In this document: one piece after another, positions 61,301 to 64,000 of the stretch
Numbering within the stretch: the stretch's first letter is position 1
How the letters are laid out: the number at the start of each line of letters is the position of its first letter
DNA from: Psilocybe cubensis
Lineage: Eukaryota
DNA: 64,000 nt
Reading direction: 5' to 3'
Assembly: GCA_017499595.2 (NCBI GenBank)
Contig: CM039002.1
Span: 1,860,001-1,924,000 of the forward strand
Program-made: the position numbers and the translations under genes
Notes under the pieces: model-generated
Told to the model about the DNA's origin: nothing
What the model saw: only the letters and a program-made list of their open reading frames with translations
The model's database searches: none

Positions 61301-64000
61301 ATGCTGCCCACCCCAGCCAGCCCGCTCCCTCCACCCTCGTCCCTCCAGTCCGTTCTACAGATGGATCCCAACCAGCATCTCCAGCTCCAGCAGCAGCAGC
61401 AGCAGCAACAACAACAGCAACAGCAACAACAAGGCAGCCAGCAGACCGCCCCGGCCGCAGCGTCTAAGCGCAGAAAGAGAGCAGAGGGCGGGGAGGACGA
61501 GGCGGCGGCAGCAGCAGCAGCAGCGTCTGAACCGCGGCGACTGCGACGGTCGCACGAAGCATGCGCAAGATGCAGGAGCAAGAAAATAAAGGCAAGTCCC
61601 GACGGCAATTTCCAGAGAGAAAGAGTGTCGCTGATCGCTGTCTAGTGCGACTCGAAGCACCCCCGCTGCACCGCCTGCGCGACGGCGGGCACGCCCTGCA
61701 ACCAGGAGGACCGCCATCGCCGCACACTCACTCCCAGGGGTTACACTGAGCGCCTCGAGCTCCAGCTCGCACAGTGCGATGCCCTCCTCAAGCGCCAGTT
61801 CCCGGGCTTCTCTCTCGACTCCCTCGACGAGCTCATCGCTCGCGAGGGCATCGAGATACCAGGCATACCCCCGCCCCCGAGCCCCAGTTTCCAGCTCGAT
61901 CCCGCCATCCGTTCCTTCCGCCCCCACGACCACCCCCCGCCCCAGCCAAACCCAAAGGCATACCAGCAGCCCATCTTCGCCCCCATCATGCACCCCTCCT
62001 ACGGCCCACACCCCATCATGGGCCCCTATGGACCAGCCCCTCCGTACCACCACCAGCTCATCCAGGGCCCCCCGCCCGCCCCGTACAACCCACATATCCA
62101 CCCCGCATTCCAGCCGTATCCACAGGGCCCGCCCCCGCCTATGCATCAGCACCCTCCTCCCCCAGACCCAGTCCATCCGCACCCACACCAACCACTTTCT
62201 CCTGTCATGCGCGCTACCAGGGGCACAGATCCAAACGGCCACGACATGTCCAGCGCAAGGGCACTTGCTACAAACTTTGGCGTATCTCCCGCCATCACCT
62301 CAGGCCTCAAGCTCGATGCTGGCAGCGAGGAGATCCCCGTCGACACAAATGCCTTGCCCAAGCTCGCCCTCCACGGCCCCCGCGAGGCAGAGCACTGGAT
62401 CTCCGTCTCCGTCCCCAGAGACAAGACCGGCGGTGGTCCCAACGTTCTTTCTCTCTACGGCCCCATCACAAAGTCGCCCCAGGTCGACATCTGGCTCCCC
62501 AAGGACCGCGCTTTCGCAAGCCACATCGTCGAAATCTACTTTAAGCATCTCAACATACATCGTCCCGTCTTTGCTCGCAAAGACTTTGAGAAAATTCTCG
62601 ACGATCTCTACGACGGTGTCACTCCCGTCTATGACCCCGGTCATGTCTGCAGCATTTACCTGATTTTTGCTCTCGGTACACTTTGCGAACTGAATCATCG
62701 CGCTGTTGCAAAATCTCCAGAGGCTGACCAGTTCTTGGGCTCTGCCGTCTCCAAGAAGCTCATGCCCCCCAACTGGCCTGAGCACGTTGAATTCTTTGAA
62801 AGAGCTCTTGCCACCAAACCCGACCTCTATGTCGCAATTTCTAGCTTGCAGGCACTTATCCTGCTCTACTGGTATCTCTACATCGAGGTGATTACCCTCT
62901 TATCCTTCCTGTCTTATTTTTTGCCAACTCCTTTCCTTTTAGCGTCAAGGCCGCACCCTATGGCGTCTTGTCGGAAATCTAGTTAGACTGTCTATCGAGC
63001 TCGGTCTCCATCACGATCCGACCATCCAAATGGCAGCTGGCACCAACCAGCACATCTTCACCGAAGAAGAAAGCCAGCTGCGCATCCGCCTATGGTCCAT
63101 CGTCCTGGCCCAAGACCGGGGGACGTCCATCCTTCTCGGGAGACCCCTCGCTATCGCCCCCTCTGACACCAACACTCCACAGCCCACGCGTGCAAAGAAC
63201 AAAAACTTTGTCGAGTTTTCAGAGCACTTTGAGCTGTCTCCCGCCGTCGCCGATATCCAGGCTGACATCATCAACTCCATGTATGCCCCCAGCATGCAGT
63301 CCGGGGACACCATCATGCGCAACGCCACCAGGATCATCAAGAGCATGGCCGCGTTTAGGAATAATTTGCCAGAGAAATATCAATACTACTTTACTGGTAC
63401 TGACAACTGGTCGACAGAGAAGAAGGCCAAGCTGGTCCATGATATCAGCGAGGATCTCGGTCTCACCCTGCTCAAGATTGGTATCGCCCGCATCCTGATG
63501 CTCCGCGCCTTGTTCAACAGCAATGAACTGTCCTACGATCAAAAGCACAAGGCTCTCGTCGATGGTACGCATGCTTTTTTCATTCACTCTTATCTTGAAC
63601 CCCTTCTCAATCCCATATTCAGCTATCATTACGTCGCACAACATCATCATCCTCCATAATCAGCTGATCCAATTCCCCAATATCGCCTTCTTCACCTCTC
63701 CTATCCCACTGCATATCGCCGCCATGGTCATTCTCTACGGCCACATTTCCGAGGTCCAGTGCCTGCCACCGACGACCGCCGTTAACGATGTCTTCCTCGC
63801 GCTTGACATGATCCCCAAGTTCCGGTGGCGCTGGGAGCGCAAAGACGCGAACGGCGGGCATCCACTCATCGCCAAGCTCGTCGAGCACGTCATGAAAGTG
63901 AACCTCCACAGCTTCGTCCCCGAGCAGAAGCCACCGTACCTCATCCCCGAGCTCGACTGGGACGAGACAAAGTCGCCCGCGATCAAGTCGCAGCACGGTA
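61301..64000 (+). CDS. Zn(II)2Cys6 fungal transcription factor (runs off the window end)
   Basis: RRSHEACARCRSKKIK|CDSKHPRCTACATAGTPC; fungal TF middle region YFKHLNIHRPVF, LQALILL, ELGLHHD, RIRLWSIV..DR..SILLGRPLAI. Start may be 61301 or 61361. Confidence 0.93.

Noticed and set aside
56305-62785. Long antisense or alternate-frame ORFs (poly-L, poly-C, P/S-rich)
   Set aside because: Shadows of polyQ and GC-rich coding sequence of the real genes

Overview
Fungal genomic DNA, most likely an agaric basidiomycete (inferred from short ~50-60 nt introns and the gene content). The window has two parts. Positions 1 to ~29,700 form an AT-rich, largely CpG-depleted block of nested mobile DNA. It holds a dispersed array of palindromic GACGAGCAGC-loop-GCTGCTCGTC hairpin units, a short solo LTR, a ~3.1-kb foldback palindrome, and a young, almost CpG-free self-priming chromoviral Ty3/Gypsy element. 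It also holds a putative 1.7-kb solo LTR, several MITEs, a decayed Mutator-like DDE transposase with a WRN-type 3'-5' exonuclease inside its catalytic core, a Ty1/Copia element inserted into that transposase, and a LINE ORF1 remnant split by a CACTA-like element. Positions ~30,000-64,000 are compact, ordinary genes: citrate synthase, TRM8, RRP41, NPT1, ZNF830-like, U1-70K, a homeobox TF, TIM13, JJJ1, PRP18, COX12, a sulfite oxidase-like gene, DUF1748, CCDC130-like, an inositol 5-phosphatase, a Q-rich ARID protein, a VTT/TMEM41 protein and a Zn2Cys6 TF. The most unusual signal is in the Copia LTR: its last 37 nt are the spliced copy of two micro-exons lying upstream in the same LTR, which suggests the R region is generated by splicing. 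All calls were made by eye and no database searches were run.
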